64,000 nucleotides of DNA from Bdellovibrionales bacterium (GTDB taxonomy: Bacteria; Bdellovibrionota; Bdellovibrionia; Bdellovibrionales; UBA1609): positions 2,607 through 66,606 of the forward strand of contig JAAOIH010000005.1 in the NCBI GenBank assembly GCA_015163875.1. Reading direction: 5' to 3'. A model generated the notes under the pieces. That model was not told where the DNA came from, made no database searches, and was given only the letters and a program-made list of their open reading frames with translations. Of the stretch, positions 19,160-28,819 are shown in pieces. The stretch's first letter is position 1. The number at the start of each line of letters is the position of its first letter. Position numbers and translations under genes: made by a program.

Positions 19160-21415
19160 ATGAAAAAAACAACACTAAACATTTTATTAATAAATATTTT
19201 TTTTCTTATTAGTTTTTCTAATTTAAGTTTTGGACAAACTGATTTAAAAATAATAAAAAAATCTTTAAACACCCCTAGAAATTTATCAGCCACTGAGCAA
19301 GTTATTGAAAGCTTTGACTATCCTAATGCAGATATTAAAGAGGTTGCTAAAGCTATAAGCAAATTAATGAAGCGTAATTTTATTTTAGATCCAGCAGTAA
19401 GAGGGAAAATTACAATTATTGCACCTACGCAAATTACAGTAGAAGAAGCTTATAATGCCTTTCTTTCGGCACTAGCTTTAAATAATTTAACAATAGTTAA
19501 GAGTGGAAATTTTTATAAAATCAGACCAACGCGAGATGCCAAGCAAGATAGCATTGGTTTATATACAACAAAAAATTTTCCTAAAAATGATCAGCTTATT
19601 ACAAGAATTATAAAAATTCGTTATTTAAATGTTGATCAAATTCAAAAAAATATTACACAATTAATTTCTAAAATGGGACAAGTTAATGCTTATAAAAAAA
19701 CCAACTCTTTAATTATTACAGATTATGGAAATAATATTGCGCGAATAGTTGCTATTATGAAAGAGCTTGATGTTCCGGGTTTTGAAGAAAAGTTAGCAGT
19801 AATTTCTGTATATCACGCTAATGCTGAAAAAATGTCTAAACTTTTAAATCAAATTATTAATCCAAATAAATCTAGATCTGGCTCTAGTCGTTTTTCTAGA
19901 TTTTCTAGAAACAGCAGTTCAAGTTCTAATAAATCTGGGGCAGGATCTTATTCTTTAGTAGTCCCTGATGAAAGAAGCAATTCTATTGTAGTTGTTGGAA
20001 ACAAAAAAGGCATATCTAAAATAAGATCTTTAATAAAAAAATTAGACACAGAACTTTCTGCAGAAGATGCAGGTGGAGTTTATGTTTATTATGTTCGTCA
20101 CGCAGAAGCTGAAAAAATTGCCAATGTTCTAAATAATTTAGCTAAAAATATTAAGTCTACAAAAAAATCCATTACGCCAGGTACTAGAAACACTTTTTTT
20201 AGACCTAGATCATCTGCAGATAATAATAAAAAAGACACTAGTGTTTTAGGGGAAAATATTAAACTTACTGCAGACAAAGTTACTAACAGTTTAATTATCA
20301 CAGCAAACAAACAAGATTATCAAACTTTATTAGCTTTATTACAAAAATTAGATATTCCAAGAGATCAAGTTTTTGTAAAGGCAATTATAATGGAAATTTC
20401 TGCAGATAATAGTTTAAACTGGGGAATAAATGCTTTAAAATTTATAAAAACACCTGGCGGAGTTTCTAGAGTTGGTTTTAATACTTCTAGCTTGGCTAAT
20501 ATTTTAAATCCAATAAATTCAATTGGCGCAGTTTTAGGATTTGGAGGTGGAGCAGAAATTAAATTACCAAATGAAGTAAACGGAATAAAATCTGTTTCAA
20601 GCTTGATGGGTTTAGTTGAATTATTAAAAACAACTGCTCAGGGTAATGTACTTTATACTCCTCAAATTACAGCAATGGATAATGAAGAAGCTTTAATAAA
20701 AGTGGGATCTAAAGTTCCTGTTGCTAAAACTAGCTCATCTTCTGCTGCGGCAGGAGTATCTTCTGGAATAGAAAGAGAAGAAGTTGCTGTTGAGTTAAAA
20801 TTTACACCATATATTAATAGAGAAAATAATTCTGTTAGATTAAAAATAGATCAAAAAATACAATCAATATCTGACTTAGCTAATACAGATATTGAGAAAG
20901 GTGTAAAAACTAATATTAGACAATTAAAAACTTTGTTAACAATTAACGACAATGACACTGCCGTGCTTGGTGGATTAACTCAAAATGACAATAGTAATGT
21001 TGAAACTAAAATTCCTTTATTAGGCGACATACCTCTTATTGGATGGTTGTTTAAGGGTGTGAATAGAAATAAAGATAGAAAAAATATCATGGTTTTTATA
21101 ACTCCAAAAATTGTAAAAAATGAATCACAGCAAAATGATTTATTTTTAGAAAAATTAGAAGAGCGGCTAAGCTTTATTGATAAGTATTTAGGCAATTCAA
21201 AAAAAATTAAAAAAGAAACTCACAGAATATTAAATACAGAATTTAACAACTTTTCAAAAAAAGAAAACAATCAATACAAAAACTCAAGCAGCTCAACAAT
21301 AAACAAAACAGAACAAATAGAAGATGAATTATTAATAGAGGACACAAACGAAAACCAAAATTTTGAAGATGAAGAAGAGCTGCTAAAAGAAGACAACTTA
21401 GACTTACAAAACTAA
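19160..21415 (+). CDS. gspD: Type II secretion secretin GspD
   Basis: N-domains (FILDPAVRGKITI, TNSLII), LDIPRDQVFVKAIIME, KIPLLGDIPLIGWLFK. Confidence 0.96.
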   Translation: MKKTTLNILLINIFFLISFSNLSFGQTDLKIIKKSLNTPRNLSATEQVIESFDYPNADIKEVAKAISKLMKRNFILDPAVRGKITIIAPTQITVEEAYNAFLSALALNNLTIVKSGNFYKIRPTRDAKQDSIGLYTTKNFPKNDQLITRIIKIRYLNVDQIQKNITQLISKMGQVNAYKKTNSLIITDYGNNIARIVAIMKELDVPGFEEKLAVISVYHANAEKMSKLLNQIINPNKSRSGSSRFSRFSRNSSSSSNKSGAGSYSLVVPDERSNSIVVVGNKKGISKIRSLIKKLDTELSAEDAGGVYVYYVRHAEAEKIANVLNNLAKNIKSTKKSITPGTRNTFFRPRSSADNNKKDTSVLGENIKLTADKVTNSLIITANKQDYQTLLALLQKLDIPRDQVFVKAIIMEISADNSLNWGINALKFIKTPGGVSRVGFNTSSLANILNPINSIGAVLGFGGGAEIKLPNEVNGIKSVSSLMGLVELLKTTAQGNVLYTPQITAMDNEEALIKVGSKVPVAKTSSSSAAAGVSSGIEREEVAVELKFTPYINRENNSVRLKIDQKIQSISDLANTDIEKGVKTNIRQLKTLLTINDNDTAVLGGLTQNDNSNVETKIPLLGDIPLIGWLFKGVNRNKDRKNIMVFITPKIVKNESQQNDLFLEKLEERLSFIDKYLGNSKKIKKETHRILNTEFNNFSKKENNQYKNSSSSTINKTEQIEDELLIEDTNENQNFEDEEELLKEDNLDLQN

Positions 21416-23088
21416 TGAATATAAAAAGCATTTTATTAAAAAATACTAAATTATCAGAATTACAAGTTACTAATTTATTAAAATTAGAAGGCCCGCTGTC
21501 TGGTCTTAATTTATCTCAAGATAAATCTAGTAAATCAATACAGGGTAAAATATTAAAAGCTCTTTCTGAGCAGTTGTCTATTCCGTTTATAGAGGAATTA
21601 AACTATAATGAAATTTCTGCTGATTTAATTAAAGATATTCCAATTCAATATGCAAAAAACAATTCTGTTTTAGCTTTTAAAAAAGACAATGATGGCACTC
21701 ATGTTATTAGCGCCGAGGCTTTTAATTCTCATTTATTATCTGATTTAAAAAATATTTTTAACACACCTATTCATTTTTATCTTAGCTCCCCTGCACTATT
21801 ACAAGAAGCCATTAATCATGTTTATGAAAAAAATGCTACAGCCCTTGAAGCTATTGATGGAATCGAAGACGAAGAAATGGATTTAGATGACCCAATTATT
21901 GATTTACTAGAATCTGACGACGACGCCCCTGTTGTAAAATTTGTAAACACTTTGCTTGCAAGAGCTGTTAAAGAAAAAGCTTCTGATATTCATATTGAAC
22001 CATACGAAAAAAAACTTGCAATCAGGTTTAGAATTGATGGTGCTTTATATGATGTTTCTCAACCTCCAAAAAGATTACAAAACTCAATTGCATCTCGTAT
22101 AAAAGTAATGGCAAATTTAGATATTGCAGAAAAAAGAATGCCTCAAGATGGTAGATTTCCTTTAAAGGTTGCTGGAAAAGCTATTGATATTCGTCTTAGT
22201 ACTTTGCCTACTACTTTTGGAGAGCGAATAGTAATGCGTTTGCAAGATCAGTCCAACACTATTTTAAAACTTTCAGAACTTGGAGTTTCAAAAAATAGTT
22301 TAAAAGATATTAAAGAAATTTTAAATCAAACATACGGTATTTTTTTAGTAACGGGCCCCACAGGGAGTGGTAAAACATCTACCTTGTATGCGGCTTTATC
22401 ACAAATTAACAGCATTGATAAAAATATTTTAACTATCGAAGAACCAGTGGAGCAAAGAATTCCAGGTGTTGGACAAATGCAAGTTAATTCTAAAATTGGG
22501 TTAAGTTTTGCTTCTGGATTAAGATCTATTTTACGACAAGACCCTAATGTTATTATGATTGGTGAGATTAGAGATTTAGAAACTGCAAAAATTGCAATAC
22601 AATCTTCCCTTACTGGTCATTTAGTTTTATCTACTATTCATACTAACGACGCTGCTTCTGCATTTCCTCGTTTAATGGATATGGGCTGTGAACCTTTTTT
22701 AATTGCAACATCTTTGTCTGGAATTATGGCACAAAGATTAATAAGAACATTATGTAAAAACTGCAAAGAAGCTTACCAACCTACAGATAATGAATTAGCA
22801 GATTTACAATTATCTAATGAGCAAACTAAAGGTGTTATATTTTATAAAGCTAAATCATGCCCTCAATGTAATCACAAAGGATATATTGGTCGTACAATGA
22901 TACAAGAACTTTTATTAGTTACTGATAATATTCGTAGTTTAATTATGCAAAAAAATAACAGTAGTCTTATAAAAGCAGCTGCTTTAAAAGATGGAATGCA
23001 AACTTTTAGAGACCACGGTATAACAAAAATATTAGAAGGCGTTACTACGATAGAAGAAATTTTAACCAACACTCAAGTTGATCATTAA
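21415..23088 (+). CDS. gspE: Type II secretion ATPase GspE
   Basis: ASDIHIEP, DIAEKRMPQDG, Walker A GPTGSGKT, LRQDPNVIMIGEIRD, two CxxC motifs. Confidence 0.96.
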   Translation: MNIKSILLKNTKLSELQVTNLLKLEGPLSGLNLSQDKSSKSIQGKILKALSEQLSIPFIEELNYNEISADLIKDIPIQYAKNNSVLAFKKDNDGTHVISAEAFNSHLLSDLKNIFNTPIHFYLSSPALLQEAINHVYEKNATALEAIDGIEDEEMDLDDPIIDLLESDDDAPVVKFVNTLLARAVKEKASDIHIEPYEKKLAIRFRIDGALYDVSQPPKRLQNSIASRIKVMANLDIAEKRMPQDGRFPLKVAGKAIDIRLSTLPTTFGERIVMRLQDQSNTILKLSELGVSKNSLKDIKEILNQTYGIFLVTGPTGSGKTSTLYAALSQINSIDKNILTIEEPVEQRIPGVGQMQVNSKIGLSFASGLRSILRQDPNVIMIGEIRDLETAKIAIQSSLTGHLVLSTIHTNDAASAFPRLMDMGCEPFLIATSLSGIMAQRLIRTLCKNCKEAYQPTDNELADLQLSNEQTKGVIFYKAKSCPQCNHKGYIGRTMIQELLLVTDNIRSLIMQKNNSSLIKAAALKDGMQTFRDHGITKILEGVTTIEEILTNTQVDH

Positions 23089-23094
23089 AATATT

Positions 23095-24306
23095 ATGCCA
23101 ACTTTTCAATACCAAGCTCTTGATAAAACTGGAAAAAATAAAAAAGGCCAGATTGAATCAGAAAATATAAAAAGAGCAAGGGCGCAGCTTAAAACAAAAA
23201 ATCTTTATGTTTTAAAAATTTCTAACAACCAAGATAAAAGTAATAAAAATACTTTATTTTCATCTAAATCAGTTAGCACAAAAGAGTTGTCTTTAATGAC
23301 TAGGCAACTTGCAACATTGCTTAAATCTCATATTCCAATTGTTGATTCTATTAATGCAACTGCCGAACAAACTGAAAATATTTATTTATCTTCTATATTG
23401 TTTCAAGTAAAAACAGAAATTAACGAGGGCTCTGATTTACATAAAGCTTTAAAAAAATATCCTAAAATTTTTGATTTAACTTTTTTATCTATGATCGAAG
23501 CTGGCGAAAGCTCTGGTACTTTAGATGTTATTTTATTAAGACTTGCAGAATTTACTGAAACACAAAGTGCCTTAATTAGCAGAGTAAAATCAGCAATGAT
23601 GTATCCTGTTTTAATGATGCTTGTGATGATGGCTTTAATGGTATTTTTATTTACAGTAATTATTCCAAAAATTACTGGCATTTTTGATTCAACTCCAGAT
23701 TTAACTTTAGAGTGGTACACTGTAGCTGTTATTGATTTTAGTAATTTTTTAATAACACAATGGCCATTAATTATTTTAGGAATAGGTGTTTTTATTTTTA
23801 GTTTTCGTAACTGGAAAAGCTCTGTTAAAGGCCGAAGAAGATGGAATGCAATTATATTAAAGATTCCTGTTATGGGAAAAATGATTCGCATGCTTGCAGT
23901 TTCTAGATTTGCAAGAACACTTTCTACATTACTTAATGGAGGCGTGCCGATGCTTGAGTCATTAAACATTGTAAGAAATGTTGTAAATAACGACATTATT
24001 GCCGAGGCAATAGATCAGGCGCGTGAAAATATTAAAGAAGGTGAATCAATTGCAGATCCGCTTAGAGAGTCTGGACAATTTCCGCCAATGTTAATTCATA
24101 TGGTAAACATTGGAGAAAAAACAGGAAACTTAGAAGAAATGTTATCACAAGTTAGTGATGCTTATGACTTTCAAGTTAATACTTCAATTGATGGGTTAAC
24201 GGCTTTGTTAGAGCCTTTAATGATTGTTGCCATGGGTGGTTTAGTGGGGGCTATTGTATTTGCTGTTATTATGCCTATTTTGCAGCTTTCTAATTTGGGG
24301 GGGTAG
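23095..24306 (+). CDS. gspF: Type II secretion inner-membrane platform GspF
   Basis: TRQLATLL, AGESSGTL, AMMYP, GEKTGNL, LLEP. Confidence 0.96.
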   Translation: MPTFQYQALDKTGKNKKGQIESENIKRARAQLKTKNLYVLKISNNQDKSNKNTLFSSKSVSTKELSLMTRQLATLLKSHIPIVDSINATAEQTENIYLSSILFQVKTEINEGSDLHKALKKYPKIFDLTFLSMIEAGESSGTLDVILLRLAEFTETQSALISRVKSAMMYPVLMMLVMMALMVFLFTVIIPKITGIFDSTPDLTLEWYTVAVIDFSNFLITQWPLIILGIGVFIFSFRNWKSSVKGRRRWNAIILKIPVMGKMIRMLAVSRFARTLSTLLNGGVPMLESLNIVRNVVNNDIIAEAIDQARENIKEGESIADPLRESGQFPPMLIHMVNIGEKTGNLEEMLSQVSDAYDFQVNTSIDGLTALLEPLMIVAMGGLVGAIVFAVIMPILQLSNLGG

Positions 24307-24315
24307 TGTTGCTTT

Positions 24316-24472
24316 GTTTTGCTTTGCCACAGACTAAGTCAAAAAAAGCTACGCATTCGCACAGCCCTGTGGGCTGAACGCTTTTTTTGACTTAGTCTGT
24401 GGCAAAGCAAAGCGTTCGTGCAGATTTTTGGGATTAATGTTTTTTTTGACTTGGTTTTTGGCAAAGCAAAAC
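24316..24472. repeat. Long palindromic element: perfect 32-bp inverted repeat plus a degenerate third arm
   Basis: 24318-24349 and 24380-24411 are exact reverse complements around a 30-nt GC-rich loop. 24441-24472 is the reverse complement of 24316-24347 at 29/32 positions. Confidence 0.92.
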
Positions 24473-24500
24473 GGATTTAATTATTATTTATTAATAATAA

Positions 24501-24537
24501 AAACAAAAAAGACCCACTGGTGGATCTTTTTTTGTTT
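24501..24537. terminator. Putative bidirectional intrinsic terminator
   Basis: AAACAAAAAA-GACCCA-CTGG-TGGATC-TTTTTTTGTTT between convergent genes. Confidence 0.65.
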
Positions 24538-24591
24538 AATTTAAAATTTTATTTTTTTTATATGTAAGGATTAGTTACAAATCTAAAAAAA

Positions 24592-25227
24592 TTAATAAGA
24601 AAAAACTTTTTTAAAATAATAACAGTTTGCATAAACGCTGCCAGCTGAGCCAGAATCATAATCTACAAGGGCGGTTAATTGTCCAACAAAATAATCTTTA
24701 TACTTTCTTATTGAGAATTTCAAATTACCAAGTTCATACCTAGATGCTAAAGAACCATTTTCTTTTTGAGCTAAAACTTTTCTTTCTTCAGGTTTTTCTA
24801 TATAATTTTTAAGGCTATCTTTCTGATTAGAAATGTCGTCATAAAAGTCTGCAGGTTTTCCTAATGCTTCTCCAATTAGCATTTGATGTGCATATTTTGC
24901 AGGAAAAGCAGGTCCATTATTTGTTCCAACTTTAATTGATCGTGAGGCAAGCAGAGAGTTTTTTGGAATTTTTTGATCTGTTGACATATAACATCTGCCT
25001 GACCACCAGCCATAAGTTGATTTTTTTGTTGGTAGTTTGCCTTTAGTAAACATATCTCCTAGCTGATTAAAAATACTGTCTGAATTATTCATCTTAGGGT
25101 GATTTGTAGAGCTATTTACTTCATTTGCTATACTAGTTGTTGATAACAAAGAAATATTAAAATCACTTCCATAAGCATTGCTGAATGCCAAGAATAGTAA
25201 AATTACAATAAACATAGATTTCTTCAT
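24592..25227 (-). CDS. Secreted hypothetical protein
   Basis: Signal peptide ending AYG, SD AAGGAG, two Cys (WSGRCY, ANCYYF). Confidence 0.8.
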   Translation of the reverse strand: MKKSMFIVILLFLAFSNAYGSDFNISLLSTTSIANEVNSSTNHPKMNNSDSIFNQLGDMFTKGKLPTKKSTYGWWSGRCYMSTDQKIPKNSLLASRSIKVGTNNGPAFPAKYAHQMLIGEALGKPADFYDDISNQKDSLKNYIEKPEERKVLAQKENGSLASRYELGNLKFSIRKYKDYFVGQLTALVDYDSGSAGSVYANCYYFKKVFSY

Positions 25228-25268
25228 AGATATTCTCCTTATGGTTTTTTACAAGCTTTGCTAATAAT

Positions 25269-28200
25269 TTACTTAGTAATTATTTTTAAATTCTTACAAC
25301 TAAATGCTTGAGTTTGTATTTGTTTAAAAGCCTCTTCTATATTGTCTGAATTAGAATCAAATACATCACACTCATCTTCGTCTCCGTATTCATCATCACA
25401 TCCACCTCCAAGATCTTCTAAAGCCTCTGCAAATAATTTTTCTATATTTATATTGTTACAAAAATTTTGAACATATTTTATTCCAAAATCTAAATTATCT
25501 TTTATTTTTAATTCATATAAAATAGCAGAAAGGTTTTGATCTGCAAAATCATATAGTCTTTTTACATCTTTTTGATACTTAGGTACTTCTTTACAGTTAT
25601 ATAAATACATCCACTCTTTAGCTAATATTTCTGATCTTCCATTATTGTTCCAGCTAATATGATTATCAAAAAAACTTTCCATATTTTGTTTAACAGATAC
25701 AGCTTTATTTTTTACAGAAACACAAGCTCTCCAATTAATATGTTCTGTAATTTTATTATAAAGAGGATGTGCATTGTTATAAGCATTGTTAATAACAGAT
25801 GACTCTAAAGATAACTTAGATTCTAAAGAACTTAATTTATTTTTTTTAGTATCACTTGCTTCAATTTCATCTATGCTAGCATTAGCATATTCTTTAATAG
25901 TGCCTCGGCTTTGTTTTAAAATAATATTTAAGCGATCAATAACATTTGCAATAGATATAGATAATTGTTTTAAATTATCAATGTCTTTTTGTGTAGAGTT
26001 AATATGTTTAAAATATTTTTTTGCATCTGGAATAGTTTTAGTATTTATATTACTTATTAATATTTTAGAGTTATCAATAACTTTTACTAATTTAACAATC
26101 CATGAATTTGCCTTATCAATTAAAAACTTTCTGTCTTTTACAACTTTTTCTCTTTTTACAATTACAGACAAATGTTTATCAAGTATATTTTGTAATGCCA
26201 GTCTAGGCGAAGCTAAAGTTTTGGTTAGTTTGTTTAAATATGGTATTAATGGCTCTAGCTTTAAACGAAACTTGTCTAAATCTTTAGGTCGCCTTTGATT
26301 GTTAAGTGTCTTAACTGCAATTTGTACATTATTAATACTGTTAATAACTTTATTGTTAACTTTTATAGCTCTTGATTTAAAAGATTCAATTTTTGACACA
26401 ATGTTTGGTTTTTCTACAGCCTTTGCTCTACCTTGCATTGAATTTGCTTTTAATATAGTCGAAGACATTTGAGTTGTTAGATTAAGGGCAGAATTTAAAG
26501 ATACAGAAGCTTTATCTAAAACATTTTGTGCAAGCTTTTGAGCTTTAGCTAATATTTTTTCACCTTTAACAATATTAGCCGTTTCGTTTAAAACAGTTTT
26601 GGCTAAATATTCAGTAACTTTTTTTAAATCTTTTTGTAAATTAATTAAATTTGGCAAATAAGAATTTAAATTTTTAGTTTGAATGTCAACATCTGTAGGG
26701 TATGAAGCTACAACTAAATAATTTAAAAAATTCTCTACTGTATTTGTTTGCAATTTTAAACTGTATAAAGTCTTATCACTAATATTTTTTTTATCAGAAA
26801 TTCTTTTAATAGAGCTGTCTACATAAGCTTTATTTGCTCTGTCTAACATAACAGATGCATGGCTTGAAACTTTTGTATTTTCTAAAAAAATAGGCTCACC
26901 GGTATTTAATATAGACCTTGCTCTTGTAACTGATTTGTTTAATGCAGCTTTAGCAATTATTAATTCTTGTACAATTTCTGCCTCTCTGATGGCAATTTTA
27001 TTTTCTTCTTGTGGTATCCATGTGCTTAAATTATTTAACTCTCTATTAAAAGAATATTCTTCTGAATCTAAATTATTATAATTTGATTCTACATTAGGTA
27101 TTAATCTTTTTATAGCATTTGTATATCTAGCATTTTTTAAAGACCTAACAGAATTAGTTAAATCATAAACAAGATTTTTTATTTTATCATCAGAGTTTTT
27201 GCTTAATTCTATTTTTTTGTCTAAACTATTAATATTTTTATTCATACGAGCAAGCTCTGCCCTGTTAAGCAAAGATTCTAATTTATTTAAATATCTTTCC
27301 ATTCTTAATTGCATGTCATACCAGTCAGATAACAAGGTAGATGCTCTATTTACAGTTTGTCTTCTTTTTCTTTTAGCCTCTACTAATTCTTTTTCCATTT
27401 GTATAATAATTTTATTTTTATTATAAATTATTGACTCTAAATAATCTGATTCATTATCAATATTTGATGCAAAATTTTGATCATAAAAATATTTATACTC
27501 TTGTTTTAAAGATTTGCGTCTATCTTTAATATCTTGAGGCCAAGCATCAGAATTTGATCTAATAAATTGTCTTAATCTATTAGCTTTATGATTAATGTCT
27601 TGTTTATGTCTTCTTGCTCTCTTTATTTTGTTATATAAATAATCTACTTGTTTATCTAATACAGAAATAATATTTTTAGCATTTACACTTTGTGCTCTTC
27701 GCTTTAAATTGTCTGCTCTTCGTATTTCAAATTCTGCATCACTAATAGAGTTAAGAGTATTTTTAACTTCGTTGTGAACTTTTTTAATTAAATGCTTAGA
27801 TGATTTAACCTCTTCTGTTCTAAATTGATCAATATATGCCTGCCTGTTACTAACTTTAACATTTAAAGAATTTAAAGTTGCCTGATAACTATTTAAACTA
27901 TTTAAACTAGATGCATTAAGATTTTTTAATTTTTTAGAATGTTTTTTTAATATATCTTTATTTCGATTAAGATCATTTATATTAGAAGAAGACTTTACTG
28001 AATTTATAGCTGGGTTAATTTTATTAATTTTATTTTGCAGATTATTAAAAGTATTATTTTTGTTATCTTCTAATGTTCTTAATTGAGCAACCAAAGAGTT
28101 TTCGCGTAATTTTTTAGCTTGTTTTTTTGTTTGAGTTATTTGATAACCTAAATTAGTTAAACTTTGCTGTATACTCTGCCCAGCCCTGTATCTATTTTTA

Positions 28201-28535
28201 GCTTTGTTAATATCTGATTCTGCATCTGCCTTAGCCCTTGAAAGCTCTCTCTCTTTATTAGCCCTTGCATCTCTTTCAGCCTTAGCCCTTGCATCTCTTT
28301 CAGCCTTAGCCCTTGCATCTCTTTCAGCCTTAGCCCTTGCATCTCTTTCAGCCTTAGCCCTTGCATCTCTTTCATTTCTTTCTTTTTTCTTCTTATCTTT
28401 TTTTACATTTTCTTTTGGAAGGGTAGTTGAATAAGCAGTTGTTGTTAAAATAAAGCTAGTTCCTAAAATAACTGACAAACTTATGCTGAAAGTAATAATT
28501 ATTTTAGATGCAAAATACACAAATATTTTTTTCAC
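25269..28535 (-). CDS. Secreted 1088-aa helical/coiled-coil repeat protein
   Basis: GTG start with SD AAGGAG, long signal peptide, ERDARAKA repeats, degenerate long helical repeats and a Cys-containing acidic C-terminal domain. Confidence 0.85.
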   Translation of the reverse strand: MKKIFVYFASKIIITFSISLSVILGTSFILTTTAYSTTLPKENVKKDKKKKERNERDARAKAERDARAKAERDARAKAERDARAKAERDARANKERELSRAKADAESDINKAKNRYRAGQSIQQSLTNLGYQITQTKKQAKKLRENSLVAQLRTLEDNKNNTFNNLQNKINKINPAINSVKSSSNINDLNRNKDILKKHSKKLKNLNASSLNSLNSYQATLNSLNVKVSNRQAYIDQFRTEEVKSSKHLIKKVHNEVKNTLNSISDAEFEIRRADNLKRRAQSVNAKNIISVLDKQVDYLYNKIKRARRHKQDINHKANRLRQFIRSNSDAWPQDIKDRRKSLKQEYKYFYDQNFASNIDNESDYLESIIYNKNKIIIQMEKELVEAKRKRRQTVNRASTLLSDWYDMQLRMERYLNKLESLLNRAELARMNKNINSLDKKIELSKNSDDKIKNLVYDLTNSVRSLKNARYTNAIKRLIPNVESNYNNLDSEEYSFNRELNNLSTWIPQEENKIAIREAEIVQELIIAKAALNKSVTRARSILNTGEPIFLENTKVSSHASVMLDRANKAYVDSSIKRISDKKNISDKTLYSLKLQTNTVENFLNYLVVASYPTDVDIQTKNLNSYLPNLINLQKDLKKVTEYLAKTVLNETANIVKGEKILAKAQKLAQNVLDKASVSLNSALNLTTQMSSTILKANSMQGRAKAVEKPNIVSKIESFKSRAIKVNNKVINSINNVQIAVKTLNNQRRPKDLDKFRLKLEPLIPYLNKLTKTLASPRLALQNILDKHLSVIVKREKVVKDRKFLIDKANSWIVKLVKVIDNSKILISNINTKTIPDAKKYFKHINSTQKDIDNLKQLSISIANVIDRLNIILKQSRGTIKEYANASIDEIEASDTKKNKLSSLESKLSLESSVINNAYNNAHPLYNKITEHINWRACVSVKNKAVSVKQNMESFFDNHISWNNNGRSEILAKEWMYLYNCKEVPKYQKDVKRLYDFADQNLSAILYELKIKDNLDFGIKYVQNFCNNINIEKLFAEALEDLGGGCDDEYGDEDECDVFDSNSDNIEEAFKQIQTQAFSCKNLKIITK
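28258..28374. repeat. 24-bp in-frame tandem repeat, about 4.9 copies (ERDARAKA)
   Basis: TTAGCCCTTGCATCTCTTTCAGCC repeated perfectly. Confidence 0.95.
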
Positions 28536-28558
28536 TTAAAAACTCCTTATGATTAAAT

Positions 28559-28603
28559 CATAATTATTAAATATTATGCCTTTGGCAGCATTTAATAATT
28601 ATG
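28559..28603. promoter_or_regulatory. Inverted repeat (operator or 5'-UTR hairpin)
   Basis: CATAATTATTAAAT ... ATTTAATAATTATG, perfect 14-bp arms with an inner TGCC-TTT-GGCA. Confidence 0.5.
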
Positions 28604-28819
28604 TATATTAAAACAGACTAAAGTCTATGATTTTGGCTAAATACGCCTATTTTTATTAAAATAACTATATTTTTGACAGAAAATTAAAAGTTTTGCTTAT
28701 ACTTTGTAGAAAAAAACATAAAAACTATCCGAATAGATAGTTGTAAGCATACTTAATAACTAAACATACTAAAAAAATTAAACTGAATTAAAAAAATCAC
28801 AAATATAAAAAAGGTAATT

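Noticed and set aside
28258-28374. 24-bp repeat array as CRISPR, and ORFs 28157-28375 and 28204-28434 as genes
   Set aside because: It is a spacerless in-frame coding repeat; the extra ORFs are alternative-frame shadows of it.
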